Shown in pieces: positions 1 to 12,469 of a stretch of DNA of 64,000 nucleotides (positions are counted from its first letter, which is position 1; each line of letters begins with the position of its first letter). The stretch is from Styela clava. Lineage: Eukaryota. A model generated the notes under the pieces. It searched no databases. It had not been told where the DNA came from and saw only the letters and a program-made list of their open reading frames with translations. Position numbers and translations under genes: made by a program. Location: NCBI RefSeq assembly GCF_964204865.1, contig NC_135258.1, positions 7,998,001-8,062,000 of the forward strand. The letters are read 5' to 3'.

Positions 1-1770
1 AGTTCACAACATCGATCATGATGAAAAACTTTAAATTAGCATCATTGGCAATGGACGTTGTACTGGTATTTTTAATAAATTTGTACTTCCCAGATGCGTA
101 TTATAGCTAAAAGTTACTTCATATAAATTACTTCCATAGTAGATACAGTGAATACAACAATACTCAACATGCATGAGATTTCTTCGATTGGCAGTACGAT
201 CAAATAGAGATCAATAAGTATTGTCACACATGACCTGATGCTTGAAGCTATTGACAAGGCTGAAATAGGAGCATAAATACCCTGTTCCATATTTGGAAAA
301 ATGGGAGATGCAAATGCTACGCATACCTGCAGCGGCAACACGATTTGATTTAATATACTCGATTCTAAATCAATTCTAAAATCGGTCTGTAGAAAAGGGT
401 TATAGACAGGGGGTTGTCAAATTGTTCTGCTGCCCAGGTCGAATTTCTGATATTGATTCCCTTAAATCTAACTTTTATTTGTACAGGATAAACATATAAT
501 AGATGTTGTTATGCATGAGAATGAATAAATTAAACGTCAATTAAGAATGAAATGTTTGTATTATTCAAAACAGAAACATCAGCACCAGCAAGTTTTAAAT
601 AAATCGGGCAATATATAGGTCTTAATGAGATTGCAAGTATAACCGCAATACTGTATACCTTAAAAAGACCATATTTGATATATATCGCTATGCTGCACTT
701 TTTAACACGGTACAAGATCATATGCTGAATACATGTGATGCATACGGTGAATAGCCTGCTTACTTTATATGACCTAAAGATAGGTTTTCGCGTGTATGTG
801 TATATTTGCGACCTATCAATTTCCTTCTTCTACCATTACAGCCGTGACATAACTGCCTACTAAAACTCATTTAACCGCAGAGGCATCAACAGAGGGCGTT
901 GTATGTAAAAGCAATTATTCTGGGCCGTTCGGTATTTTATTCCAGTGAATTTCATCAGAATGAAATCCGTTCAAGAAAACAAACAAGGGGTTGAAGTGTA
1001 TTGTGATCAAAAAAACGATGGTGGTGGATGGATTGTGGGTAGAGTTTTGATAACCCTCATGTACCCTTGTATCACCATACGACGGTGAGGAGTTGAGCAA
1101 TTCTTATACATATAATCATCCTTCTACGGGATTCAAACATGCGAACCTACGCAGCGTAATCAGAGATGCAATGGAAAGCGTCGTTCTAACACTAAGCCTT
1201 AGACCAATGCGCCCCCAACCGCGCAAAAATAATGTTCATATAATATATATTGCATATGCTCGTTTTATGACATAGTAGGAAAGAATACATACATCTGAGT
1301 AGTATAGTTGTCCCTGAAATTTGACGATCGCAACTCATTTTTAATTTACCTGTCACATTCATTTTTAGGTAATACAAATGGCTTCCGTAGACTGAATCAA
1401 ATAGAATATATTCATATGTTTCTTTCAGTTTGTTAATGGTAGTGGTTTGTAGATCATTATGAAAACTTTGGGCATTTGAATGAAGGTAGCTACAGGCGGA
1501 CAGAATAAACAAAATCTAGATTAGTTAACTTTATTTATTGCTTTAACTTTGTTATTGCTCTGCATAAGTTGTAGCCTACAAACTAACGTAATTTCAACAT
1601 ATGGTTGATTTAGGAGATAGCATGTGGCTGGCTACAGCTCTTTGCTCGGTGTCTGATAGTGCGTATATGTGCACTTGGTGCAAGAACATCAGAGCAAGAA
1701 TAAAAACGGCTACATCAGGCGGTTCAACGTTCTCGCATCATACTCAAGCCAATTTCATTGTGTAACTCTT
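1..1770 (+). pseudogene. Inverted, internally deleted ficolin remnant (promoter, 3' half of exon 2, intron 2, 10 nt of exon 3, downstream spacer)
   Basis: 1-959 is the reverse complement of the upstream region of ficolin copy 2 (~18752-19622). 965-1034 encodes the exon 2 end (KQGVEVYCDQKNDGGGWI) with a GT donor at 1035. The exon 3 start GTAATACAAA is at 1369. 1380-1770 resembles the reverse complement of the spacer at ~20540-20915. Confidence 0.85.
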
Positions 1771-1843
1771 TGTACGACCGAATCGAAACATTATCAAGCC
1801 CTCAGTTTTCTCACGGGAACCCGTCCGGACACCTATCGATCCT

Positions 1844-2060
1844 GGGATATTTCGTGCAAGCCCCCGTCCCTAATGCAAAATTGTGACCGCCGCGTTTTAA
1901 AATAACAAATTATTAATTACCAAGTTGGGGTTCGCGTTTGGGTTAGAAATGATTTGAAAATTTGGACTCCCAGCGCAATCGGCATTACCAAACCCTAACT
2001 AGATGATAACTCGCTTTCCTATTTTCAGCGTAGGCGGGTGTTTTTTTACAAGGGCTTGAT
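1844..2060. mobile_element. Degenerate MITE-like repeat, inverted copy of the element at 52225-52459
   Basis: The reverse complement aligns by eye along its length with 52261-52459 (cccgcctacgct...gttagggtt...tttcaaatcatt). Confidence 0.6.
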
Positions 2061-3534
2061 ACTTATCGTGAACAGCAACTTTGCACTAAAATAACAATCC
2101 AAAAACGAAGTCACATACTGGTCAGATTATCGATGACCATGGCCGATCGACCGTTTCATTCTCTGAGTAAATATTTATCTCCAGTTATTTATTGGTATCC
2201 GCTAGTATAGTCTGCGCTCATGAACGTCTCGCCAATGTAACCAATGTTTCCCAACCAGAAAAAATCCTCCCCAGGGAGGAATTAATTAAGATATTCTTGT
2301 GGACGAAATATGACTTTGCATTTGGTACAGTTGAGCAAATATTATTTATTCATTTTAAATTATTGTGTGGTATTTATGGATAATTTGTAAACTATTCGAA
2401 CTGCACTAAAGCAAAATTGCGCGTTATACTAGAGGTAATTGATAAAGGATTTGAATAATAACAGAAACAGAGTTTCTATGCGTACTGAGGGGTAAACAAA
2501 ATATGCAAAGAGAGAAATAAGTTTGGAAACCACTAGTTAAGATTTTAATATGGTATATGTGGTAATGTCGGTGACTCAGTGGCCAAAGTGGATATAAAAC
2601 AAACGGCATTGGCAGATAGGTGGTATACGCGTATCTGCCAGCTAAAGTTAAATCACTGTAGTTGAATAGGAGTTGGTCAGTCGTATACCAGCAGTATTGG
2701 GCGTACAACATAGTTTTTTGGAAAATTGGACATGTTTAGAACACGTAAAGTGTTTTTGTGTTTTTCTGGCAAATGCAAAAGTGAATTGAGGATGATTGTA
2801 TGCTAATTCTATCGAAATATTTCATTTATTGTTACTACAGACCTAAATGACCCTATGAAAAATCACAAAACAAATAAATATATATGCAACTGAAACGATA
2901 ATAGCCCGAATACCGCAATGTCATTTATACTCCAGCCTAGTGATGATATACCTGTTGAAATGTTAAATGAAGGAGACTGCATGCTAGCGTTTGATAGTGT
3001 CCCCTTAAATGAAATAAAACAGTAACATTGGAAAAGGTATTGGACCAAATCAATTCGATTGTGCAACATCACAATATGTGAAATTTTGCAACTCATATAT
3101 TGTGTGCTTATTTGGCCGCGTGAGGGGTCAGGCTAGAGTTATTATTCCGTACGTGGAATAAGGACACAAGGAACAGTGACCCACTTTCCCTAAACAGTAA
3201 TTTAGTTAGACGCTATAAGTAATTCTAGTATCTAAATCTTCTTATCAATTAGAACGTTCGAATACGGCATATTGCTAATACATTCTGTAAATACTTCGTG
3301 TCTCATATTTGTGTTAACCCGATGAATTAACAGCTGTTATCTTGAAAACCCTATTTATCAATGTTTAAAAATACTTGGAAATTCAACGCCATTGTTTCAT
3401 ATTCTTAATCTTAATGTTTACACAATCTATTTATCGTTTGTATTTGTGCATAAAATTGTTGTTGTGGGGAAATTAGCTTGCTTTATTTATATTGTTGCTA
3501 ATAGATTTGAAGTATTACCAAGTTGACAGAAACA

Positions 3535-6500
3535 ATGAATATTCTGGATTTTTCTGAATGTTCAATTCTGAAACCAAAGGTGGATGAAAACACGAAACGA
3601 TTAGTTGGAAATGAATTATATCATGCTTTGTCTACAATCGGATTTACTTATCTCCAGAACACAGGTATACCAAGGTAAACATACCAAACGAAATAGAAGA
3701 CAATGCTTAAAATAGCCGAGTTAAAGCACATGACTTGATACTTCTGTAAAATTAAAATTAATATCTTTCGTGAAATATTACGCTGTTTTTAGAATCGTAT
3801 AAAATCAAGAATGTTTCACTATGTAAAATGTTCAGATTTTATCATATATCTTAGAAATCAGTACGTCAAATACTTAGCTTACTTATTTTTTTTAGCCTAC
3901 ATTAGTAGTTGCTTACTCCGTAGATTATTTTAGTTTACGCAAATTAGGAAGTTTGGTAATACCCTTTTGGTTTATTTATTTTTTTCATATTAAAACTATA
4001 TATTTTAATTTTAATCTAATATTGATAAAAAATGATTACTCATATTCTAAACTGCATTTATCACAGCGAATTACTTGCCAAAGTTTTCGAAAGATCGAAG
4101 CAATTTTTTGATTTAAAACCCGAAGTTAAACAACAGTTTTCCGACGTGAAGAATTTCAAGGGATATGTTCCTTTGTATACAGAGGGGTAAATAGTTTTCC
4201 ATTAATAATTTTATGGTATCGTTTTCTTTGCCTAAAAATTGTATAGAGACAAATATGCATTTCTGATTTGGTGTTTATTGTAGCTATTTGGGAATTAACA
4301 TATCCCTACGAGTGAGAAATTGGCCTATTTTCAAGTATAATCTTCACGTATATATTCTCAAGGTAGCTTTAGTCATATTGTTCTCAATATATTTTAATGT
4401 GACGCTTTAGTAGTCCAAATTTTAGCTGGGTTGAAAAAGAATCGGTAACGGTATTTCAAACTTTTCAAAATCCCTTATTTAATTTACAAATACCTCGTAA
4501 CTTTTGATAATATACACCAAATATTTTAGGTATGAGCAATAAATCGTCTGTTTTATTTTTGTATTGAACTAGCTAAACAACTGCTTTTCTTATTATTTGA
4601 AGAACTAATGTGAAAAGATCAAAAGACATTAAAGAAGCCTATAATTTCAACATGATTAACGATGAAAATAAACACAAATTGTGTCCAATGAATGATGTGC
4701 CAGAATTTTATGATTCACTGAAACAGTTTTCCGAGATTACCAAAAAACTGGCAGTTCGAATATTAGAAGTTTTAAGCGAAGGAATGAAAATTAAGGTAAA
4801 CTGACTTGTTATTTTATTCAAACATTGGCTAATATAAAACTAATTACTTAGGAAAGGAATGAAGTACTTTAAAAATACAATGATTAAAGTTTAGAAATAC
4901 TCAATTATTGCACCAATTCGTAAAGCTGTCTGGGACAACCGGATAAGAGAAGTAGCTCATCGATCACTCAACTGAACTGAAGTTCTTGAATAATCTATTT
5001 TCTGTAATTGGCGAGTGGGACAAGGTCCATTCACTTTGATTTCAGCAAGATTGGAGGTCGTCTTTAATAAAATTGGAATCGAAAAGAAAGTTAATAAAAA
5101 CCATTGTCAAGCAGTGAAATCATAAACTGGAAGTTTGCAACTTTTCGAGACCAATATTTTTGTTTTAGGATAAATCATATTTGATCCGATGTCATTCTCG
5201 AATGAGCGGCAAAAACAACTTTACAACGTTAAGATCTCTGTATTATCCACCAATTCTAAACGATTCAACAGTAAAACCGAATCAAATTCGCCTTGGTGAA
5301 CATACCGATTTCGGCTCATTTACATTGTTGTTTCAGGATCAGATGGGAGGATTAGAGGTAGTTGGTTTATTTGCCTTATTGATTTGATTTATTAGTTGTG
5401 TGAATTAAAAGTAAATATAGTTATAATTACGCTGTATTTTACCCGAACACCTGTTTTCCTTTATTTTTTGAAAAATTGTCATAATCAAGTCACACTCATG
5501 AAATAATATGTTTCATAGTTCAAGTTTTTTTACGATTTAGATTGTAAACATCTGAAAGAATATTAATCTGGAGACCAAAAATAAACAGCAGTAAAATTGC
5601 ATATTCAAAAATTAATCAGCTATTGTGCAAATGCAAGCATTTAAACCTGGAGCATTAAATATTAACTTAATTCATCAGCATGACATTACTATTTTCATTT
5701 ATTTTCAAACCGTTTACGCTACCGGTAGTTCGTTTATCTTGTGCAGATCAGTGAGGGTTGACCACTGAACTCGGCCTCCAAAACCTTGTCTGTGTCAACT
5801 GTGTCAAATTAGGTCAATAACAATCCCATTACATAATGATTTATTATTTTAGGTCAAAAATCAGGAAGGGAAATTTATTGAAGCGAAACCTATTTCTGGA
5901 ACCGTCATTGTAAACATTGGTGATATATTGCAGTTATGGTCAAGTAGAAGATTAAAGTCAACGGTATGCTTTCAAAAAAATTAGGCCAATTTTTTTTACC
6001 AAAATCCATGAAGTAAAAGTAGTGACCGTTTTAATCAATATGAGAGGTGATAATCACCAGAAAAACGTTAATCAAAAATCTACGTCTATATGATGTTACA
6101 AATTACATCTGAAATATGTTTGCATCTATATTTTCAAATGATGTTCTAATCTGTGACAAGACTAGAGTTGGTTTTTTTTTATTATCTTTTTCGTTGTACT
6201 TGTCCCGAAAGGCATCTCTTTCCACGTGACCCTATCTTAGAATGTTGTTTTCTCCCTGTCTGACAGTCGCCCTGGTCGGACGCGTTTCGTTGTATTTCAT
6301 CTGCTTCGGTGCGTGCACTTCTGTTCGGAAATGAAATTATTACGTGCGTCATCACTCAGTCTATCGAACGTATTACTTTGCAGCACATGGAATCATCTGA
6401 GCGTTTACACTGCAACCTCTACAAATCTGGGGAGCGTGCTGGTTTACGGACTCCTCGAACACACTTATTCCCGAAATCGCACAGCTGTAGTAGTCTTGTT

Positions 6501-6798
6501 GATTTAATCGTGGCAGTTATAATTACATTTATCATTAGAAAAATAATTCTGTATTGATATTAACCGCTGTAAATTTTCACAGGAACATCGTATCATGATT
6601 CCAAGTGATGAATCCAAACGGAGAACCCATCGTCAGTCCATCGTATACTTTGTTCATCCGGACTTCGAAACCAAACTCAGACCAATCGAGTACGAATCAG
6701 AGTCGGCATCTGCTGATCGACCTAAGTTTGTTGATGACGAAAATATCGTTACAGCGCATGAATATGTAACTAATCAACTCGAATCGCGTTGGGATTAG
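3535..6798 (+). CDS. 2-oxoglutarate/Fe(II)-dependent dioxygenase (IPNS/DIOX_N-like), 6 exons, ~322 aa
   Basis: Exons 3535-3674, 4067-4186, 4603-4795, 5169-5357, 5853-5963, 6583-6798. All introns are GT-AG and the 969-nt frame is continuous. Motifs: GFTYLQNTGI, LRSLYYPP, HTD...H (GEHTDFG, STEHR), NIGD, RxS (RQS). Confidence 0.93.
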
Positions 6799-6920
6799 AA
6801 TATTGCCTTGTGGAATGTCGTACAATGAATTGCCTACTAAAACTAATGCCGATTTAAAACGCTGCCTCTAAAGTATTTTACTATTGTTTTAAATTTTTCA
6901 AAATATGCACCAATCACCTG

Positions 6921-6926
6921 AATAAA
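6921..6926 (+). promoter_or_regulatory. Candidate polyadenylation signal of the dioxygenase
   Basis: AATAAA ~120 nt after the stop codon. Confidence 0.5.
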
Positions 6927-7010
6927 AATTTTCAAATGAAAAATGAATACAAAATCTTCCAGATGTACAAACATGTACAACAACCCTTCAGTTAACATCT
7001 GATACAATTA

Positions 7011-7279
7011 ATACTTATCGATTTTAATCGGTAAGTATGTTGATAGGTATTTGTCTGTTTGTCTGTTAGATGCACGCGTTATCTCACGAAAGCAAGATTG
7101 AATCTGCTCCTGATTTTGCATGTGCCTATTGATTTTGGATAAATTATGTCGTATAATTAGCGAGTTATTGATTAATTAGTGATGGGACACAAGGTGTCAC
7201 TATGGAGTAAGAGCGCTGTTTTGGGGGATCCCCTAACTTTCGATCGATAAGTCTTCGGTCTCTGACCAGTATTCTATTT
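7011..7279 (+). mobile_element. Non-autonomous Helentron/HINE (DINE-1)-like element
   Basis: Subterminal inverted repeat ACTTATCGAT (7013-7022) / ATCGATAAGT (7243-7252), a 5' GTCT-type microsatellite and a short 3' hairpin GGTC-tct-GACC (7257-7267). Confidence 0.6.
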
Positions 7280-7719
7280 GGCCGGAATGTCGGTGACATT
7301 GTGGTGTTTAAGCAATGTTCTTCTGTTTTACTGTCCCTAGTTATTTTTTATTTTCTTTTTTATATAAACATTAGGGTCTGTAGTACTGTGATAATAAACG
7401 AATTAAATAAGTCAATGGAATTGGCATACAATCAATTTAAATCACCTTTGAATTTGCCGTAAAAAACTTTTACTCAGCAACACTTTCTAAATTCTAGAAA
7501 GAGCCGTTTTTTCAGTAATTATTTGATACGCTTGCAACTACGACTGATACAAGAACGTTCAACTGGTATTCAACACCAGCTAACGACAGCGCATTATAGA
7601 CTAATTCTGTTTGTTTCATAACCGCATTTGCCCTTGAGTCACAAAGGTATATCAAACGCAAGTCCACACTAATAGAACTCTTCAAGTCACTATTTTGATA
7701 CCCACAACTGCACATTTTT

Positions 7720-7802
7720 GGGTACTCATGTCCTATCCCTAACCTGGTACACATACTACGTTCCTGTGTCCTCCACTTGGTTCACATACTACGGCAGCAC
7801 CC
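7720..7802 (+). mobile_element. Partial copy of MITE family A (ccctaacctggtacac...actacgg)
   Basis: Shares its terminal motif with 46673-46880 and 58700-58901. Confidence 0.5.
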
Positions 7803-8601
7803 ATTTTACGAGTTAATGAGCGTAGCCTAAACTTCTAACAAATAACAGCACTTACACAAAGGCAATGAGCAAGAGCTGTAGTCTTGTACATGATATCGCA
7901 ATCAACCATATTTAGAAATAACTGTAGTATGTACAACTTTACAGATAACGTAAACTAAGTTAAAAGATTTCGTTTATTTCGTGCACCCTTCCGCAGCTGC
8001 CATTATTAAATCGCACAAAGTTTTCATAATGATCCACAAACCACTAACTAAAATTAATACATGACTATGTTTGCCAAAAACTTTGATTCAATTTATGGAA
8101 GAGACAAATTATTCAGTATATATAACTTAAATTTGTGAAGACCCAAATCTTAGAACCCTAGCTTTGATTATCTTTTAGCCAGAAAAAAAGATTGCGTTTT
8201 ATTCGACTAATAAAAACGTTTTACTTTTATTCATTCGGTTTGTTATAATAAGCGAGAAAACTTAAGTTTCAACATATATAGTAGACGTGACGTTGCATTA
8301 ATATGAAACTCAGCTATATATTCTAGACTTATTACTAAAAAACTCGAATAATGTGAATGAATAGCATTATATGACGAGACTCAAAAGAAAGTAATATACT
8401 GACACTAAAAATGTATACAGATTTTTTTACAGCTTTTTATAATTTTGTTATTATTCCACGTTGCGCAGATATAATACTTTTGACACTCGTAAACACATAT
8501 CAGGCAAACTCTTACAAATCAATAGAGCATATGTTTATTTGATTGTACGATAGATGACAAGAACTATATTATTTCACACTATTTAAAAATTATCACGCTA
8601 T

Positions 8602-11600
8602 TTAGTCTCTGAGTTTCCTGATCTTCATTTCAACAAATTTCGCAAAGGGAGTGTGTGAATTTTTCCACCTATACCAGGATAAACCCTTGGTCGATGTCGT
8701 ATCTGCGTATAAACCATTCAAGTTAGCGTGATGGCAACTGTTATACCACCAACCCCCTTTGTACGAGACAGCACAAACTGCTGATTCGTGTTTATCATTT
8801 TCTCGATCCTTCGTCGAAAACTGGCTATTGTTATGGTGCGCCATTGAATCGCCTGTTTATAGAAACAACATGATAAATTCAATGACTCGAGTATAAGTGC
8901 AGTGCGATACATGTTGCTTTATTGAATTATATCGTTATGAGAGATGGACTAAAACAAGTATATATAGCCTACATTTAAAGTCAAGTTTTCAAACATACAC
9001 ATTTTATATGAATTGAAAAATAGTTTTATTGTCTATTGGTATTCATCATAATTATTTTGAGCAAACCTGCATTTCCTGAATATCCGGTAATCGTTATTCG
9101 ATAATTGTCTTCTGCTCCAGCAATTTGAAATTGTCTAGAAATAAGAATACATCTGTATTTAAAATATATAAAGAGTATTTTTATTCCGGTAATATTGCTT
9201 AAGATGAGTTTACTCGAAGTATATTTGCAAGAAACGGTGATGATCAATGAACTAAAATCTGGAGAAATCACTGAAGTACCAAATGCTACAACAAATTCCT
9301 CTTGTGGCTTGTACATTGCAGCCTGAAATCTCAATTTACAGTATATGTAAAACTATTGGCAAACCTGAAATAGTGGTTTAATAAATAATTGATCGTTTTG
9401 TATGCCTTTTTGAGCTCTTTCATTTTATCGAACACTAAATGAAGTATACAAAATATTTGGCAGTGCGTAAAGAAAACTTCAATTACCCGTATTTTGCGAA
9501 CAATTTTTCGTTATCTCTTGTGATAAAGTCGAAACGAATCTCATGAGGACCATTGGTGGATATTCTATGCATCGTCTCCAGTCCTGTAAAATATAAAGAT
9601 ATCAATAGTTAGTGTTTAGCCCAAATTTCTGAACTGAAGCTTTAAAAGACGGATCATTTTATTCAGACTCGGGCAAGATTGTAACGCTTGAGAACGGAGC
9701 GGAGTCGAGCCACTTCATTCCCGAGTCACAAGTCAAGTTGAGTCGCGTCTTCTTCGCATCACTTTCTTTGTCCCCATGAAGCCGGATTCAGAGTAGATTT
9801 TGTAACAAAGAGTGAAGTATATAACATCCTTTTCAGGTCAATCTAATTTAAAATTCAAAAATGCAGTCGCGTTTAGCACGAAAAAATATTTGTGCTAGGG
9901 CACTGTGCCAGTAGTCTATAAAAAGGAGACTTGAGAAAATGCAGTCAATCAACGTACACATATTTCGAGAAATCGGATCGTTCAGAATCTGGTATATTTT
10001 AATTCTGATCATTATATATATTCATTCTAGTCGGATTATTGAATCTTTATTACCATAACTTTCGAAACAATACAAAAAGAATATGTTGCCTTGTCATCAT
10101 CGGCGCTAACATGTGCGGGAAAAATGTGACAAAAAATATAAAAATGCCTTTATGATTTGAACAAATTACTGATTAGATTTCATATCTAAGAATTTAAATT
10201 GTTCGTAATTTAAAGTATACCTAGCCAGAATTCTTGTTCCTTGTAACCGAAACCTGAGACATAGTCATTCCAGTCACGGTAAAAATCTTCATTTCCGTCA
10301 AGTCGTCTTTGTATTACCTAAATAAATTAAACCAGTTTTGTAATATATATTCGAAATTTCAGGGACAACTATTCTACTCAGATGTTTGAAATCATTTCTT
10401 TTTTGTCATATATATATAACGAATATTTTACCGCGGCGGGAGCCGCATCGGTCTAAATGCCGGATATTTATGTGCGAGAGAATTTGAAAATTCCTCACCG
10501 CCGTAGAGTGCTTCACTGCTGGTCGGCTCCGCCTACCTTCACCATTAGGTTCAACAAAATAACTTGTATCCGGACGAGGGGCCGTATGCTTGTTCCCCGG
10601 TAGGAAAATGCCATTTTTTGTGGAATGATTTCAATTTTCACTCATTAAACTAACTAGATTATTTATTTTGGAATAAATTTAACACATTGCAAGTCAGTGA
10701 CAATCATATTAGACGAAGGAGTTCAGGAATACAGCTAGCTACATAGTCTACAATCCGGCCATCTCGGTCGGAACGTATTTGTCGTCTTCGAAGCTTATCA
10801 GATTGAAGGACGTCATTTACATCGATGTAAATGTAAATGACCCCTTTAACTATACCTCCAGCCTCTCTCCTTAGAAAGAGATAAATTCTATTGCGCGGCA
10901 ATTAAAAATGAGATGGTGACTTAAAGTGGTTGATTGCCCTCTGCACGGCAATCGTATTGAACACGTGTATCAAGGAACAAACTAAATGAAATTACTTACA
11001 AAATAAATGTCACATTGACTTTGATATTCCAGAGTTTCATCTAAGCCAGGTTACATGGAATTGAGATACTTATTATAGATGAAAAGTGGGTTCGTTATGA
11101 TTTCTGTTTGGGTCTCGTGCTGCCGGTTTACAAATTGTTAAACATAGACAAAATTCCGAAGACACTACTCACAATCCAACCGCCTTCATCGGTTTCTTGA
11201 TCACAATACACTTGGACTCCTTGTTTACTTTCATTGAACGGATGAATCACGTAAGTTCCACTTGATATCACGTGATTCTTTACGGCTGCACAGTCCCGTG
11301 GAAACATCCGTTCTAGAAAAAAGTTTCATTGTCACTTATATTGAGTTTCATTCCATGCTGTACTGTTGCAATGCGAGTTTGCTACTTGTAATTTTTTGTC
11401 CAAACAATGCGCTTTGCCGGACTAATAATTAGTAAGAGACCATATCAAGTAAATTCAGACACGATGGTTTGGAAAATTATCTTCACCTGTTATCGAATTA
11501 TGTTACGAGCTTAAATATACCTTCCAAATCGAAGCATCTTGGTTCAAATCTTATCGAAAACAAATTTTTCCCAAAATCCCAAACAAATACTTTCGTATGA

Positions 11601-12469
11601 ATCAAATTACAGCTTTAGTTTTAGGGACATGTTTCGTCCGGTCATTCTCAAATCAAAATTTATTTAAACACTAATTGAAATAATTATATGTAAGTTTCCA
11701 TCCCTACGACGTACATAATTACCCGTATTAAGATCTTAAGAGTTTTCTTTATAAAGTGAACCACGAGCTCACGTTTACAGTATTTAATTAAATGTATGAT
11801 CAACGTATAAATACCACTCGATATCTTTCAATGTTAAGCTAGTCTTGAAAAAGTTTTACGAATGTATTCTGTGTATTCTTGAAATCAACGAATAAAAGTA
11901 AATAGAGATTTTCGAACGTAATTTCATTCACGTGGGCGTTGACGCTGAAGGATGAACCGGTGGCTTGTGAGTCTGAGACAGTCTACAAATTAGGGATATC
12001 TGGTGACATCCCATTTATTTGTTATAATACAAGCAACAAGTACAATTTTAATGCGAGTTAGCAACTTGCTATTTTTGATCCCAATAAATCACTATAAAAA
12101 ACTGATATTAGGAAAATATAACAAGGAAGTCGAGACACGAGGCTGCCTAATGCTTGCATTGTAACATTATGTTTACTTACCATTTAACTCCTGAACTTGA
12201 CGTTCAAGCTGTTCGTTTCGTTCAACTAGATCTTCGCAGCAACTACTTGGTGACCCTTTCGGTCCAACTAATCCGCGATTTCCTACTGGACCACGCTTTC
12301 CCGGCGGGCCAGGCGGACCTCTTACGCGAGAAGGGAGTTGGTTTTCGTTCTCATCACATGAAAGCTGACAAGTTCCGAGACTAATACTTGCTTGAGACTT
12401 ACAAGCGAGGTATTGTAAAATAATTAATGTCGCCAAGAAAATTGACTTAGTATTGCCCGTCCACATCAT
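8602..12469 (-). CDS. Ficolin-like lectin copy 1 (short collagen + fibrinogen C-terminal domain), 6 exons, ~313 aa
   Basis: Exons 12469-12181, 11312-11173, 10317-10221, 9583-9487, 9134-9067, 8852-8602. Introns are GT-AG and 942 nt are in frame. Has a signal peptide, 8 Gly-X-Y and the motifs [47 protein letters not shown]. Confidence 0.93.

Noticed and set aside
6195-6500. GC-richer segment with two ORFs in dioxygenase intron 5
   Set aside because: Exons 5 and 6 join in frame without it. It is probably a repeat insertion, but there is no second copy in the window to confirm this.
3535-6798. Dioxygenase acting as a dedicated prolyl hydroxylase for the ficolin collagens
   Set aside because: It is an IPNS/DIOX-type sequence with no signal peptide, whereas collagen P4H is an ER enzyme of a different family.
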